From: Octopus vulgaris
Taxonomy: Eukaryota
Reading direction: 5' to 3'
Length of the DNA: 64,000 bases
NCBI GenBank assembly: GCA_951406725.2
Contig: OX597815.1
Location: 122,512,001 to 122,576,000, forward strand
In this document: in pieces, positions 28,196 through 42,780 of the stretch
How the letters are laid out: each line of letters starts with the position of its first letter
Position numbering within the stretch: position 1 is the first letter of the stretch
Notes under the pieces: generated by a model
The model's input: only the letters and a program-made list of their open reading frames with translations
Told to the model about the DNA's origin: nothing
Databases searched by the model: none
Translations under genes and position numbers: made by a program

Positions 28196-31100
28196 AAGTG
28201 AAAGACATTTGTTCAAAAAGAAGATATGAATATATGTATTTACATGTATGCATGTATGTATGTAGGTAGGTAGGTAGTTAGGTATAATTAATCAACATTA
28301 CAAGCCATTAACTATAATAATAAATATCTTAAAATAAAGTTGCAATGAAAAAAGAAGGATTAATATTTAAAAATAAAAGATAAAGAAATTTTTAATAGAG
28401 TCATTTATTATAGTGGCATGAAATAAGAAAATATTTGCATAAAAGTTAAATAATATTCTGCAACCAAATGGAACATACACAATTTTCTCAAATACTAGGT
28501 ATCATGTACATAACATGTCCACTGGAAATTGTATTTTTGCTTTTGATTATTGTGTATTGAGAAGTTATACGAATTTAGCTGTTGAAATGAGTTAGATAGA
28601 TCTTCTAAATATTAAAAAAAAAAAATGAACTTTCAACAACTAAAACAACTACCAATGAATTTTATCATTTTAACTAAGGAACAGGAGAATAAAATACAAT
28701 TGTTTTGAACTTCCCACAATTGCAAACAACTCCTTACTTTTGAACATTTAAATATCATTTGTTAATATTATTTAATGCAGAAATATTGTTTGATTTATAT
28801 AACATAAATCATTTACATAATAAAGAATTAGAGTTGTTCTTAAATCCAAAACAAATTTAGCGTTGAAAGTTATAAAGCACATAGATATCTACAATTACAA
28901 GAAGCAAGTATAATTATATGAAAATGATTTTCATATGAAAATAAAACTAAACAGCATTAATTAATTAGCTGTAACTTTTCTTTTTAGCAAAGTAATCATT
29001 TATAAGTAAGTACTAAATATATTCCCAACTCCAATTATATATGAGACACAGCAATGCATTAGCATTTGATATCTTTTTAACAAATATACAGTGTGCTACC
29101 GATGGAGTTGTTGTGATAGCAGTAAATGTTGTTTAGCCACAAGTCAGTTTTAATGCAGCAGACTTCTGACCGAAGACCTTTTAGCCATGATTATGTTGTC
29201 TTTTACTTGTTTACAAGCAACCTATTATCCAGTATCTACCTTTTTAAGACAATGGGATATGAAGGAATTTGGTTGCTTTTACCAGGTCATACAACCATGT
29301 AACTGCTCCTTCATTAGCTTAAATACATTGTTGAACAAAGCAGAATACAAATTTTCTTAAAATATTCTGTTTTATTATTTTACTTTCTCATTTCTCTTGT
29401 CAACTACTCAATTATAATTGAAAATTTCAACCAACTATTTTGGACATAAGGTGCTTTCTAGAATTATCAATATACAAAATCTTCTGGAGAATGATGGCAA
29501 TGATATTGCCATTATTCCCTTGAATTATATAGAGAAATGATATGAATACATTTGTGCTCAAAGACAGTATGTATATGAAACAATAAATGAAGTGGTATGA
29601 AAGCTTCTATAAGTTCTGTGGTACAAAGTTATTGGGTTGATATGACAAACTATGATACAACCTGCTGGTCAATGAACCACCTACCACTCAGCATGTCATA
29701 CAGTGGATTTGCTACCAGAAAACAAAGCTCACGAATGGTTTCTCTATTATAGTGACAAGTGTAACCACAACATTGATTAGTTAGGGGCTTATGAAGCCAG
29801 TTTGTGTATGAAGAACTTAAGGAAACAAATGACACAGAGGAGAAGAGAGTGAATAGACTTTACTAATAGACGAGACTTCCAATTAGTATGATAAAGAAGG
29901 AAAGACTGAAAGAGCTATAAGAGTAAAAATCTGTAAGACTAACAATTTAGGAGGGAAAAAACCAACTTATAACACAGATGACAGTTAAGTATTTCTAAAG
30001 TATATGTTTACTCAGAATCAGTGAATGAAGCAGAACTCCATACAGGAAACAGTCATATATATTGGTGGAATAGTACAGTGGAATGGTGGATAAGGCTATA
30101 AGGACTAGTCCACAGTATTGGAAGAAATGCTAGAAACCAGATGATAATTTTATTTAACCAACAAAAAAGCTGAAGGTAGAATAGTTTTTTAATGTTCTAT
30201 ATTATAAGAATAAGAATTGTGTACTATTCTTAAATACAAGACAATATGATATAACTGCCAGCAATCATTAGACAGAAGTATGTTGAGAACAACTCTTACA
30301 CAATTTTCCAATGTAAAAGGCATAAGTCAGAGACATAGAAATGTCATTACAAAAGGGTGCTATGCATAAGATAGTATAGAAAGCTGTCATCTGTAATAAT
30401 CAGCAATATTATCAAAAAGTGATGTAAAAACTAAATGGATATATGGTATTATTGAAGATAAAAACTAACGGATTAAGAATATTGAGGATAGAGTTGGCTT
30501 TGGAAAAATATAGTTTGATTTGAATCTGAAAACTATATAGAGAATTCTTGCAACATTTTACAGTCTATTTGTCAACTGAGGAAGTCGCTTTTACAGCATC
30601 TTTTACTCATTAATCAGATGTATAAATAGTAGCATATGCGTAAATGAAAAATTTGTAAGAACAAATTCAAGTCATGTACAAGAATGTTTACAATCAATGT
30701 CAAAACTGCCAGTAAGTTCAGCTGCAAACTCCATATACAGGGATGTATTATTGTGTTCTAATCCCTTAATTTTTGAAAATATAATCCGTGTTCAAATTTA
30801 AATATCCTTGGAAACTTTTATAACCTAGCTCCCATTGAATAAGTTATCAAAAATATTACATAAAATGCGTCCCAAACATAGAAACAATTAAAAGCCCTGT
30901 AGATGATAATAGGGTTGGCAACAGTCCTAATTGGTAACAAAGAGCATAATATCTCAGAGCTATATAGAAACTGGTTTTATTCGCTATGTAAGTTCTGACC
31001 CAACATAGTGAAGAACTAAATACTGTGTATTCAAGTGTAAACAATGGTTGTTCAAAAAGTGCAGAAGGATCTTTGACAGACTAGCAAAGAACCAGGAATT

Positions 31101-33021
31101 TAGATGCAAATGATGCACAGAAACTCCATCATATGAATTACATGACCTTCGTAGATAGTTCAAGTGAGGAAGAAAATATTTTCCATTACTTAAGAGGTCA
31201 TAAATCAGTGCAGTGGTATGATGTAGTAAAAAAATATAATAGTTGAAACACCAGCTAGAATATAAAGGGATATGTTTTTATGTAGTTATTGCAGTTGCTA
31301 GGTCAACAGGGTATCATTCTACACAAAAGAGGCAAAGTGTATTATGTGTATTATTTGTGACACAGCAAGATAGTGAGTGATGAGCAATAGCAACAGAAAT
31401 CCTGTAGATGGAAGAGTTGATTACAGTTGAACACTAAAATGCTAACCTACAGGAAAGATAGAAGACATTTATATTGAGTAAACAGTGTGCATATGTCTGT
31501 ATATGGTTGCATATTTATGCTTATATCCTGTTATCTACAAATACGAACAATCTAAGGATGCATAAGCAATTGACCACATGGAACCACATAAACTAATTTT
31601 TCTTGGTATGTCTTCCTTTTCTTCAAAACGTTAAAGACTTTTTCAATTTCTGAGTGTTAAATTAATACATCTGTTTATTGTCTACACCACCTGTCTTCAT
31701 CTTTTGTTTTTTTGTGAATTCTCCCTTGATATTTTTTATACACATAAACCCAGTATACTAAGTATCTGCGTTGTATTTAACTAATTTTTCAAATAAAGAC
31801 TACTAACATTTAAAATAAAGAAATACCATATAAATAAAATAAAAAGAAACAAATATAAAGAAATTCAACTAAATTATATAAGATTAAATTCCCATTAAAC
31901 CATTTAGAAGAAATACAGATGTACATCTCTGAATTTTGGAGATGAGATTTTACAAGAAACATCCTAAAACTATGAATCCCATCTTGCATATTTTTCTTTT
32001 TACTGTAAGTTTATTTTTAAGAGTCTCTGTGATTTCCTATAATTTTCAGAAACCTGTTCCTTCATTTGTAGTGAGATAACAATGTTGCTTACTAAATACA
32101 GTACCTAAGATCACAACTCAACTAAGAAACTGTATACTTTTAGGAAAAGGGAGTAAAAATATGGATGTTCAATATGATGTGTAAAACAATAACTCCAAGG
32201 ATGAAGTAAATGGCCTATGAAGAATATATTTCAAGAATGTACAATTATGAATTGTTAAATTCTAAAAACTAGGCAGAGAGAATCCTGTTATTTACTAAAA
32301 TATTTCTTCATGATTTTATACAAAATCCCATTATTTAGATTAATTCTCATATGATAAATGTAATCATGAATACAAACTTCAATACTGAGCATGTTTCACT
32401 TTACATATATGCACAAAATGCAAGTATTATAGGCTCTTTTTCATGCAAATGTATACACTAAGACATTCTACACAATGACATGATAATCAAAGATGAACTA
32501 ATATCAAACCTATAAACAATCACATAAGATAAAGCATTAGTTAGACATTATCAGTATCAAAGGACATATTCAATACTAATTTGTTTAAAAAATATTCTAA
32601 AGGACAATAAGCACATTGAGAATATTTACATAATAATAGTATGAAATGAATATTTTGAATATTCAAACTAAAGAAGAGAATCAGAAGAGAATCGGACAGG
32701 AAAAGAAATGAAAGATAAGAGACAGAAAAGACAAAAGATAACGAGAAGAGTAAAGAAGATATAGACAAATTTAGAGAAACAAAGAAACTTGAACTCATAT
32801 AAAAATAATCATGAAAGACAAAATGGAAATCACAGTGACATGAAGACTATATAAAAGGGGAAGATACAAAGAAAGGGACAGACAATCAATTTTATGTCAC
32901 CTAAGATCATTGTAGGCAAAGCTACATGCACTACATAATAATACAAGGAAAGCAATTTTTTTTTTCCATATATGGACAATATTTTCAAATACAACAAAGA
33001 CCCAACAAAACTACTGACAAA

Positions 33022-33029
33022 TTATTGAG
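33022..33029 (-). CDS. Putative terminal exon coding part (A-Q-stop) of module A
   Basis: ctttaac...tttgcttatatgtctctttcAG|CTCAATAA gives G|CT CAA TAA. Intron 33030-33199 is 170 nt. The CAA/CAG difference from module B is synonymous. Confidence 0.6.
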
Positions 33030-33199
33030 CTGAAAGAGACATATAAGCAAATACAGTAGTTAAAGACATGGTAATAGACATTGAACAGCATGCTATTGAG
33101 GCATTGGTAAGCTACAGATATTGATGCTTGTGTAAAGTCAAGCAGCGGCAGTGAGTGCAGAAGCACGTAATAAATCCTGCATGAGGATCCACAAGATAC

Positions 33200-36100
33200 C
33201 TATGTCTTCAACACCTTCTTTCAATGATTCAAGTGTGTCAGGACCAGGAATGCTCAATTTAAGCTCAGTAAATGGTGATTCTTTCTCTTTAATTTCCAAA
33301 TCTTTGACTTCAACAGGGACTGTACTTTCTGGCACAATATCAAATATAGACATTTCTGGAGTAACTTCGATTTCTTCATGGCTAATGATAATTTCCTTCT
33401 CATCAGGAGTTATTGCTTCTTTTTCTAGAGAAATAACCTCAGGGACTTGAGGTGCAAAATGCATTTCAATTTCACTCACTGGTTTCTCAGGTTTACCAAT
33501 ATCAATGGAGATAACTTCTGTTTTCTCAACAGGTTTAGCACCAACGTCAAGTTGAATAGAGACTTCTTCTTTACTTTCTGGTATAATTTCAACCTCAGTC
33601 TTTTCAATTTCAGTGACAACATTTTCTGGTTTCCCAACATCAATGGAGATGACCTCTGTTTTCTCAACAGGTTTATCACCAATGTCAAGTTGGATTGAGA
33701 CTTCCTCTTTAGTTTCAGGTTTAATATCAACCTCTGTCTTTTTAATTTCAGTGACAACTTTTTCTGGTTTACCAATATCAATGGATACAACTTCTGTTTT
33801 CTCAACAGGCTTAGCACCAATTTCAAGTTGAATAGACATTTCCTCTTTAGTTTCTGGTTTAATTTCTACTTCTATCTTCTCAACAGGTTCCTTTGAAACG
33901 ACTTCTTCATGTACAATTTCAGTAGGAATTGTCTCTTTAACTGTAATCTCTTGAAGATCAGTGCTAATAACAGCTGCAGACACAGGTATCTCTACATGTT
34001 CTTTCTCTATATCAGTGATATGTTCAATAGCATCAACTAACACATCTTCTGCTGTGCGAATCTCATCACGTACACTAACTGATGTGTCTTTTTCCTCATC
34101 AGAAACCTCTTTAGGTTCCACTTTCTTTTCTTCAGTTGATGGAATATCAAAGAATTCTTCTTCAGAAAGTTCTTCTTCAGCTGTACTCACAACACTTACT
34201 GATGGAGCACTTATAATGGTCATTTCAGAGATATCTTTCACTTCTTTACTCACAGGATTCATTTCACTTTCCTTGCTGATTTCGACTACCATATCAGTTA
34301 CATCTTCAACAGGGGCTTCTTCAATAGCGGATGCTTTTGTAGAACTCACAGAAATCTGAATACCAGTTTCTTCCACTGGTTTTACAGTTACTGTGTCTTG
34401 TAATGGCATTTCCAATGTCTGCACTCTAATTTCTTTCTCTACCTCTTCTTCACCTGTTGTATATGTCTGTTCAGTCTTTATAACCATTGGTACCTGATCT
34501 TCAGATGTGACTTTCTTAGAGTCAATTGATAATACCATTTCCACAGGAATATCACTAATTTTCTCTGGAGAAATCTTGGTCTTCCTTTCCTCAGTGCTTG
34601 TAGTTATAATTGAGGTAACTTTAGCAGTTTCAACTTCCTCTGGTATTACCGTCTCAGATACATCTGTTGGTTGAACTTCAGAAACAGGTTTCACTTCTTC
34701 TTCTGGTTGTTTTTCCTTCATTACAGCAGTAGAAATTGTTGTAATATCAGTAATTTGCGGTTTCTTCTCTTTAATTTCCATTTCTTTAGCTTCCATTTGA
34801 ACTGTACTTTCTTGCACAATATCAACTGTAGAAATTTCTGGAATAACTTCAGTTTCTTCTTTGCTAATTAAAATTTCCCTTTTATCTGAAATTATCTGTT
34901 CTTTTTGTATAGAAATTATCTCAGGTACATGAGGTGCAACTTGCACTTCAATTTCACTGACTGGTTTCTCAGGTTTACCAATATCAATAGATATAACTTC
35001 TGTTTTCTCAACAGGTTTCTCTCCAATGTCAAGTTGAATAGAAACTTCCTCTTTAGTTTCAGGTTTAATATCAACCTCTGTCTTTTCAATTTTAGTTACC
35101 ACTTTTTCTGGTTTCCCAACATCAATGGAGATGACCTCTGTTTTCTCAACAGGTTTAGTACCAATGTCAAGTTGGATAGAGACTTCCTCTTTAGTTTCAG
35201 GTTTAATATCAACCTTTGTCTTTTTAATTTCAGTGACAACTTTTTCTGGTTTACCAATATCAATGGATACAACTTCTGTTTTCTCAACAGGCTTAGCACC
35301 AATTTCAAGTTGAATAGACATTTCCTCTTTCGTTTCTGGTTTAATTTCTACTTCAGTCTTCTCAACAGGTTCCTCTGAAATTACTTGCTCATGTACAATT
35401 TCAGTAGGAATTGTCTCCTTAATTGTAATCTCTTGAAGATCAGTGCTAACAACAGGTGTAGACACAGGTATCTCTACATGTTCTTTCTCTATATCAGTGA
35501 TATGTTCAATAGCATCAACTAACACATCTTCTGCTGTGCGAATCTCATCACGTACACTAACTGATGTGTCTTTTTCTTCATCAGAAACTTCTTTAGGTTC
35601 CACTTTCTTTTCTTCAGTTGATGGAATATCAAAGAATTCTTCTTCAGAAAGTTCTTCTTCAGCTGTACTCACAACACTTACTGATGGAGCACTTATAATG
35701 GTCATTTCAGAGATATCTTTCACTTCTTTACTCACAGGATTCATTTCACTTTCCTTGCTGATTTCAACAACCTTATCAGTAACATCTTCAACGGGAGCTT
35801 CTTCAATAGCAGATGCTTTTGTAGAACTCACAGAAATTTGAATACCGGTTTCTTCCACTGGTTTTACAGTTACTATGTCTTGTAATGGCATTTCCAATGT
35901 CTGCACTGTAATTTCTTTCTCCACCTCCTCTTCACCAGTTGTATATGTCTCTTCAGTCTTTATAACCATTGGTACCTGATCTTCAGATGTGACTTTCTTA
36001 GAGTCAATTGATACAACCATTTCCACAGGAATGTCACTAATTTTCTCTGGAGAAATCTTGGTCTTCCTTTCCTCAGTGCTTGTAGTTATAATTGAAGTAA

Positions 36101-39100
36101 CTTTAGCAGTTTCAACTTTCTCTGGTATTACCGTCTCAGATACATCTATTGGTTGAATTTCAGAAACAGGTTTCACTTCTTCTTCTGGTTGTTTTTCCTT
36201 CATTACAGCAGTAGAAATTGCTGTAATATCAGTAAGTTGTGGTTTCTTCTCTTTAATTTTCATTTCTTTAGCTTCCATTTGAATTGTACTTTCTTGCACA
36301 ATATCAACTGTAGAAATTTCTGGAATAACTTCGGTTTCTTCTTTGCTAATGATAATTTCCTTCTTATCAATAGTTATCTGTTCTTTTTGTATAGAAACAA
36401 CTTCAGATAATTGAGGTGCCACTTGCATTTCAATTTCACTGACTGGTTTCTCAGGTTTACCAATATCAATAGATATAACTTCTGTTTTCTCAACAGGTTT
36501 AGCACCAATGTCAAATTGAATAGAGACTTCCTCTTTAGTTTCAGGTTTAATATCAACCTCTGTCTTTTTAATTTCAGTCACAACTTTTTCTGGTTTACCA
36601 ATATTAATGGATACAACTTCTGTTTTCTCAACAGGGTTAGCACCAACGTCAAGTTGAATAGACATTTCCTCTTTAGTTTCTGGTTTAATTTCTACTTCTG
36701 CCTTCTCAACAGGTTCCATTGAAACTGCTTCTTCATGTACAATTTCAGTAGGAATTGTCTCTTTAATTGTAATCTCTTGAAGATCAGTGCTAACAACAGG
36801 TGCAGACATAGGTATCTCTACATGTTCTTTCTCTATATCAGTGATATGTTCAATAGCATCAACTAGCACATCTTCTGCTGTGCGAGTCTCATCACGTACA
36901 CTAACTGATGTGTCTTTTTCCTCATCAGAAACTTCTTTAGGTTCCACTTTCTTTTCTTCAGTTGATGGAATATCAAAGAATTCTTCTTCAGAAAGTTCTT
37001 CTTCAGCTGTACTCACAACACTTACTGATGGAGCACTTATAATGGTCATTTCAGAGATATCTTTCACTTCTTTACTCACAGGATTCATTTCACTTTCCTT
37101 GCTGATTTCAACAACCTTATCAGTAACATCTTCAACGGGAGCTTCTTCAATAGCAGATGCTTTTGTAGAACTCACAGAAATTTGAATACCGGTTTCTTCC
37201 ACTGGTTTTACAGTTACTGTGTCTTGTAATGGCATTTCCAATGTCTGCACTGTAATTTCTTTCTCCACCTCTTCTTCACCTGTTGTATATGTCTGTTCAG
37301 TCTTTATAACCATTGGTACCTGATCTTCAGATGTGACTTCCTTAGAATCAATTGATACAACCATTTCCACAGGAATATCACTAATTTTCTCTGGAGAAAT
37401 CTTAGTCTTCCGTTCCTCAGTGCTTGTAGTTATAATGGAGGTAACTTTAGCAGTTTCAACTTCCTCTGGTATTACCGTCTCAGATACATCAGTTGGTTGA
37501 ATTTCAGAAACAGGTTTCACTTCTTCTTCTGGTTGTTTTTCCTTCATTACAGCAGTAGAAATTGTTGTAATATCAGTAATTTGTGGTTTCTTCTCTTTAA
37601 TTTCCATTTCTTTAGCTTCCATTTGAACTGTACCTTCTTGCACAATATCAACTGTAGAAATTTCTGGAATAACTTCAGTTTCTTCTTTGCTAATTAAAAT
37701 TTCCTTCTTATCTGTAGTTATCTGTTCTTTTTGTATAGAAATAACTTCAGGTACTTGAGGTGCCACTTGCATTTCGATTTCACCGACTGGTATCTCACGT
37801 TTACCAACATCAATAGACATGACTTCTCTTTTCTCAACAGGGTTAGCACCAATATCAAGTTGGATAGCCACTTCCTCTTTAGATTCTGGTTTAATATCAA
37901 CCTCTGTTTTTTCAATTTTAGTTACCACTTTTTCTGGTTTACCAATATCAATGGATACAACTTCTGTTTTCTCAACAGGGTTAGCACCAATGTCAAGTTG
38001 AATAGACATTTCCTCTTTAGCTTCTGGTTTAATATCAACCTCTGTCTTTTTAATTTCAGTGACAACTTTTTCTGGTTTACCAATATCAATGGATACAACT
38101 TCTGTTTTCTCAACAGGGTTAGCACCAATTTTAAGTTGAATAGACATTTCCTCTTTAGCTTCTGGTTTAATATCAACCTCTGTCTTTTTAATTTCAGTGA
38201 CAACTTTTTCTGGTTTACCAATATCAATGGATACAACTTCTGTTTTCTCAACAGGGTTAGCACCAATGTCAAGTTGAATAGACATTTCCTCTTTAGCTTC
38301 TGGTTTAATATCAACCTCTGTCTTTTTAATTTCAGTGACAACTTTTTCTGGTTTACCAATATCAATGGATACAACTTCTGTTTTCTCAACAGGCTTAGCA
38401 CCAATTTCAAGTTGAATAGACATTTCCTCTATAGTTTCAGGTTTAATTTCTACTTCTGTCTTCTCAACAGGTTCCTTTGAAACTACTTCTTCATGTACAA
38501 TTTCAGTAGGAATTGTCTCTTTAATTGTAATCTCTTGAAGATCAGTGCTAACAACAGGTGCAGACACAGGTATCTCTACATGTTCTTTCTCTATATCAGT
38601 GATATGTTCAATAGCATCAACTAACACATCTTCTGCTGTGCGAATCTCATCACGTACACTAACTGATGTGGCTTTTTCCTCATCAGAAACTTCTTTAGGT
38701 TCCACTTTCTTTTCTTCAGTTGATGGAATATCAAAGAATTCTTCTTCAGAAAGTTCTTCTTCAGCTGTACTCACAACACTTACTGATGGAGCACTTATAA
38801 CGTTCATTTCAGAGATAGCTTTCACTTCTTTACTCACAGGATTCATTTCACTTTCCTTGCTGATTTCAACAACCTTCTCAGTTACATCTTCAATGGGAGC
38901 TTCTTCAATAGCAGATGCTTTTGTAGAACTCACAGAAATTTGAATACCGGTTTCTTCCACTGGTTTTACAGTTACTGTGTCTTGTAATGGCATTTCCAAT
39001 GTCTGCACTGTAATTTCTTTCTCCACCTCTTCTTCACCTGTTGTATATGTCTGTTCAGTCTTTATAACCATTGGTACCTGATCTTCAGATGTGACTTTCT

Positions 39101-41185
39101 TAGAGTCAATTGATAATACCATTTCCACAGGAATATCACTAATTTTCTCTGGAGAAATCTTGGTCTTCCGTTCCTCAGTGCTTGTAGTTATAATTGAGGT
39201 AACTTTAGCAGTTTCAACTTCCTCTGGTATTACCGTCTCAGATACATCTGTTGGTTGAATTTCAGAAACAGGTTTCACTTCTTCTTCTGGTTGTTTCTCC
39301 TTCAATACAGTCGTTGAAATTGTAGTAATATCAGTAATTTGTGGTTTCTTCTCTTTAATTTCCATTTCTTTAGCTTCGATCTGAATTGTACTTTCTGGCA
39401 CAATATCAAATGTAGAAATTACTGGAATAACTTCAGTTTCTTCTTTGCTAATTAAAATTTCCCTCTTATCTCTAGATATCTGTTCTTTTTGTATAGAAAT
39501 TATCTCAGGTATTTGAGGTGCCACTTGCATTTCAATTTCACTGACTGGGTTTTCTGGTTTACCAATATCAATGGATATAACTTCTGATTTCTCAACAGGA
39601 TTAGTACCAATATCAAGTTGAATGGAAACTTCCTCTTTAGTTTCTGGTTTAATATGAACTTCTGTCTTTTCAACAGGTTCCTTTGAAACTACTTGCTCAT
39701 GTACAATTTCAGTAGGAATTGTCTTTTTAATTGTAATCTCTTGAAGATCAGTGCTAACAACAGCTGCAGACATAGGTATCTCTACATGTTCTTTCTCTAT
39801 ATCAGTGATATGTTCAATAGCATCAACTAGCACATCTTCTGCTGTGCGAATCTCATCACGTACATTAACTAATGTGTCTTTTTCCTCATCAGAAACCTCT
39901 TTAGGTTCCACTTTCTTTTCTTCAGTTGATGGAATATCAAAGAATTCTTCTTCAGAAAGTTCTTCTTCAGCTGTACTCACAACACTTACTGATGGAGCAC
40001 TTATAATGGTCATTTCAGAGATATCTTTCACTTCTTTACTCACAGGATTCATTTCACTTTCCTTGCTGATTTCAACAACCTTCTCAGTTACATCTTCAAC
40101 AGGAGCTTCTTCAATAGCAGATGCTTTTGTAGAACTCACAGAAATCTGAATACCAGTTTCTTCCACTGGTTTTACAGTTACTGTGTCTTGTAATGGCATT
40201 TCCAATGTCTGCACTGTAATTTCTTTCTCCACTTCTTCTTCACCTGTTGTATATGTCTGTTCAGTCTTTATAACCATTGGTACCTGATCTTCAGATGTGA
40301 CTTTCTTAGAGTCAATTGATAATACCATTTCCACAGGAATATCAATTATTTTCTCTGGAGAAATCTTAGTCTTCCGTTCCTCAGTGCTTGTAGTTATAAT
40401 TGAGGTAACTTTAGCAGTTTCAACTTCCTCTGGTATTACCGTCTCAGATACATTTGTTGGTTGAATTTCAGAAACAGGTTTCACTTCTTCTTCTGGTTGT
40501 TTTTCCTTCATTACAGCAGTAGAAATTGTTGTAATATCAGTAAGTTGTGGTTTCTTCTCTTTAATTTCCATTTCTTTAGCTTCCATTTGAACTGTACTTT
40601 CTTGCACAATATCAACTGTAGAAATTTCTGGAATAACTTCAGTTTCTTCTTTGCTAATTAAAATTTCCCTTTTATCTGTAGTTATCTGTTCTTTTTGTAT
40701 AGAAATTATCTCAGGTACATGAGGTGCAACTTGCACTTCAATTTCACTGACTGGTTTCTCAGGTTTACCAATATCAATAGATATAACTTCTGTTTTCTCA
40801 ACAGGTTTCTCTCCAACGTCAAGTTGAATAGAAACTTCCTCTTTAGTTTCAGGTTTGATATCAACTTGTGTCAATTCTTTACTAATTGGTTCAATTGTTA
40901 TTTGTTCTCTTTGAGTGACATAAACTTCATGTGGTTTTCCTATATCTATTTCAATAGCCTTCTGTTTCACAGTATCTTGGACTACTTCAATCTCCTCTGG
41001 AGAATATTCCACTTCTTTAGAAGTTATTTGGAAAGATAAATCCATATTTACACCTTTAGTTATTTCAAATGGATGTGAAATTTCATCTATTACTGAAGCC
41101 TTTTGTAATACTACTCCTGGTATATCTTTGGTCTTTTCCTGTTCTTCCACTCTCTCTTTTATTTCTGTATAAACTGGCAAATCAC
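33200..41185 (-). CDS. Giant repeat exon A (7,986 bp, 2,662 codons) of a titin/PEVK-like protein
   Basis: 2680-aa ORF 33138-41180. Acceptor tttaatttatattAG|GTGATTTG at 41185 and donor GACATAG|GTATCT at 33200; phase 1/1, length divisible by 3. Confidence 0.9.
33430..40870 (-). repeat. Five ~1.2-1.8-kb coding super-repeats (402 aa + n x 46 aa)
   Basis: Homologous points at 39751, 38545, 36787, 35443 and 33961 give spacings 1206, 1758, 1344, 1482 = 1206 + (0,4,1,2) x 138. Confidence 0.95.
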
Positions 41186-41937
41186 CTAATATAAATTAAA
41201 TAATTTTTAAGAAAATATTCTCAAAACATCTTTAGTATCTAGTCTCCATATTTATTTATAATGCCTGAAAACAAAATAATTATTTGGTCTCAAATGAAAA
41301 GCAAATAATTATTTTACAAGAAACAATTGAAAAAAAAATCCATTATTTCTTCCATTGTTTTCTGAGAAAATAAATTATTTACATTATAACTGTAATTTCT
41401 TTTGTGTGTCTGTATCTAGTATTTTATTTTGCATATGTTTAAATTAGTCTCATACAGTGTCTAGAAGGGTTTATGCATCATAATTTCAATGCAATTAAAC
41501 CAGAAGTCATCCTCAGATGTCTTCTTCCCTGGTAACTAAACTGCGATTGTCTACCTTTATTTGTCATCATATTTTTGATTATTTTTTTATGTATACTTTG
41601 AATTGATTGTGTGCAGAAGAAAAGGAGAAGCCATATTATTTTTGATTATAATAATGTTAGGGTATTGTATTAAATTCATTTATTGTATACAAATATTATG
41701 CCTCTTATGTCCAAATTTTCTTTCAAGACACTTACACTCTGTCGTTCATGACAGGCATTGCACATCTAGCAAAGCATAGTAGCTTCATTTCTTTCAGTCC
41801 TACACATGCCCTTCAGCAGTCACAGCCCATGTTTCACTGTCATGTAGCATGGCTGTTCACACAGAGGTATCATACAATTTGCCTTTCACTCTGAGGGAGG
41901 GGCCCTTTGTTACCAACAGATGTAGGAGCTAGGAGGT

Positions 41938-41985
<48 letters not shown>

Positions 41986-42047
41986 ATAAAACGGTAAGAT
42001 AACAAAAGAAAGAAAGAGACCTCAATATTATGTAAATAGAGGAAATT

Positions 42048-42193
42048 TATCTATACAATATGTTACATTACTCGGTAGTCAAGATAAAACTCTGAATAGC
42101 CAGATAACCGAAGAGATGGTGTTGTGGATTTCCACTTCGGCATCTGAAACTCAGAGTTTTATCTTGACTACCGAGTAATGTAACATATTGTAT

Positions 42194-42198
<5 letters not shown>
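42048..42198. repeat. Perfect 48-bp inverted repeat with 55-nt spacer, between (TA)n tracts
   Basis: 42048-42095 is the exact reverse complement of 42151-42198. Confidence 0.95.
42102..42164 (+). ncRNA. Type I hammerhead-ribozyme-like motif
   Basis: Stem I AGAUAA/UUAUCU; core CCGAAGA (U4C variant); stem II GAUG..GUGGA-UU-UCCAC..CAUC; GAAA; stem III ACUC-A-GAGU; cleavage triplet GUU at 42156-42158. Confidence 0.55.
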
Positions 42199-42265
<67 letters not shown>

Positions 42266-42266
<1 letters not shown>

Positions 42267-42650
42267 GAGGCGCAATGGCCCAGTGGTTAGGGCAGCGGAC
42301 TCACTGTCGTAGGATCGCGGTTTCAATTCTTAGACCGGGCGTTGTGAGTGTTTATTGAGCGAAAACACCTAAAAGCTCCACGAGGCTCCGGCAGGGATGA
42401 TGGTGATCCCTGCTGTACTCTTTCACCACAACTTTCTCTCACTCTTACTTCCTGTTTCTCTTGTACCTGTATTTCAAAGGGCCGGCCTTGTCGCTCTCTG
42501 TGTCACGCTGAATATCCCCGAGAACTACATTAAGGGTACACGTGTCTGTGGAGTGTTCAGCCACTTACACGTTAATTTCACGAGCAGGCTGTTCCGTTGA
42601 TTGGATCAACCAGAACCCTCGTCGTCGTAACCGACAGAGTGCTTCCATAT
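42266..42650 (+). mobile_element. tRNA-derived SINE
   Basis: A-box TGGCCCAGTGG and B-box-like GTTTCAATTC; head nearly identical to 3431-3595. Confidence 0.8.
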
Positions 42651-42743
42651 CCCATATATATATATTGTTGTGTCTGGGGAAAGTCATTCTCTTTTAGTGC
42701 CCTATAATTTAACACACTCACCAGTAAAATTTCCACTTATTTC

Positions 42744-42780
<37 letters not shown>

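Noticed and set aside
33151-41039. Repeated plus-strand ORFs over exon A
   Set aside because: Antisense shadows of the super-repeat
8090-41180. Assigning a gene name (titin/sls/kettin, nesprin/Msp300, giant ankyrin, obscurin)
   Set aside because: No Ig, FN3, spectrin, ankyrin or kinase domain is in the window; composition alone cannot discriminate
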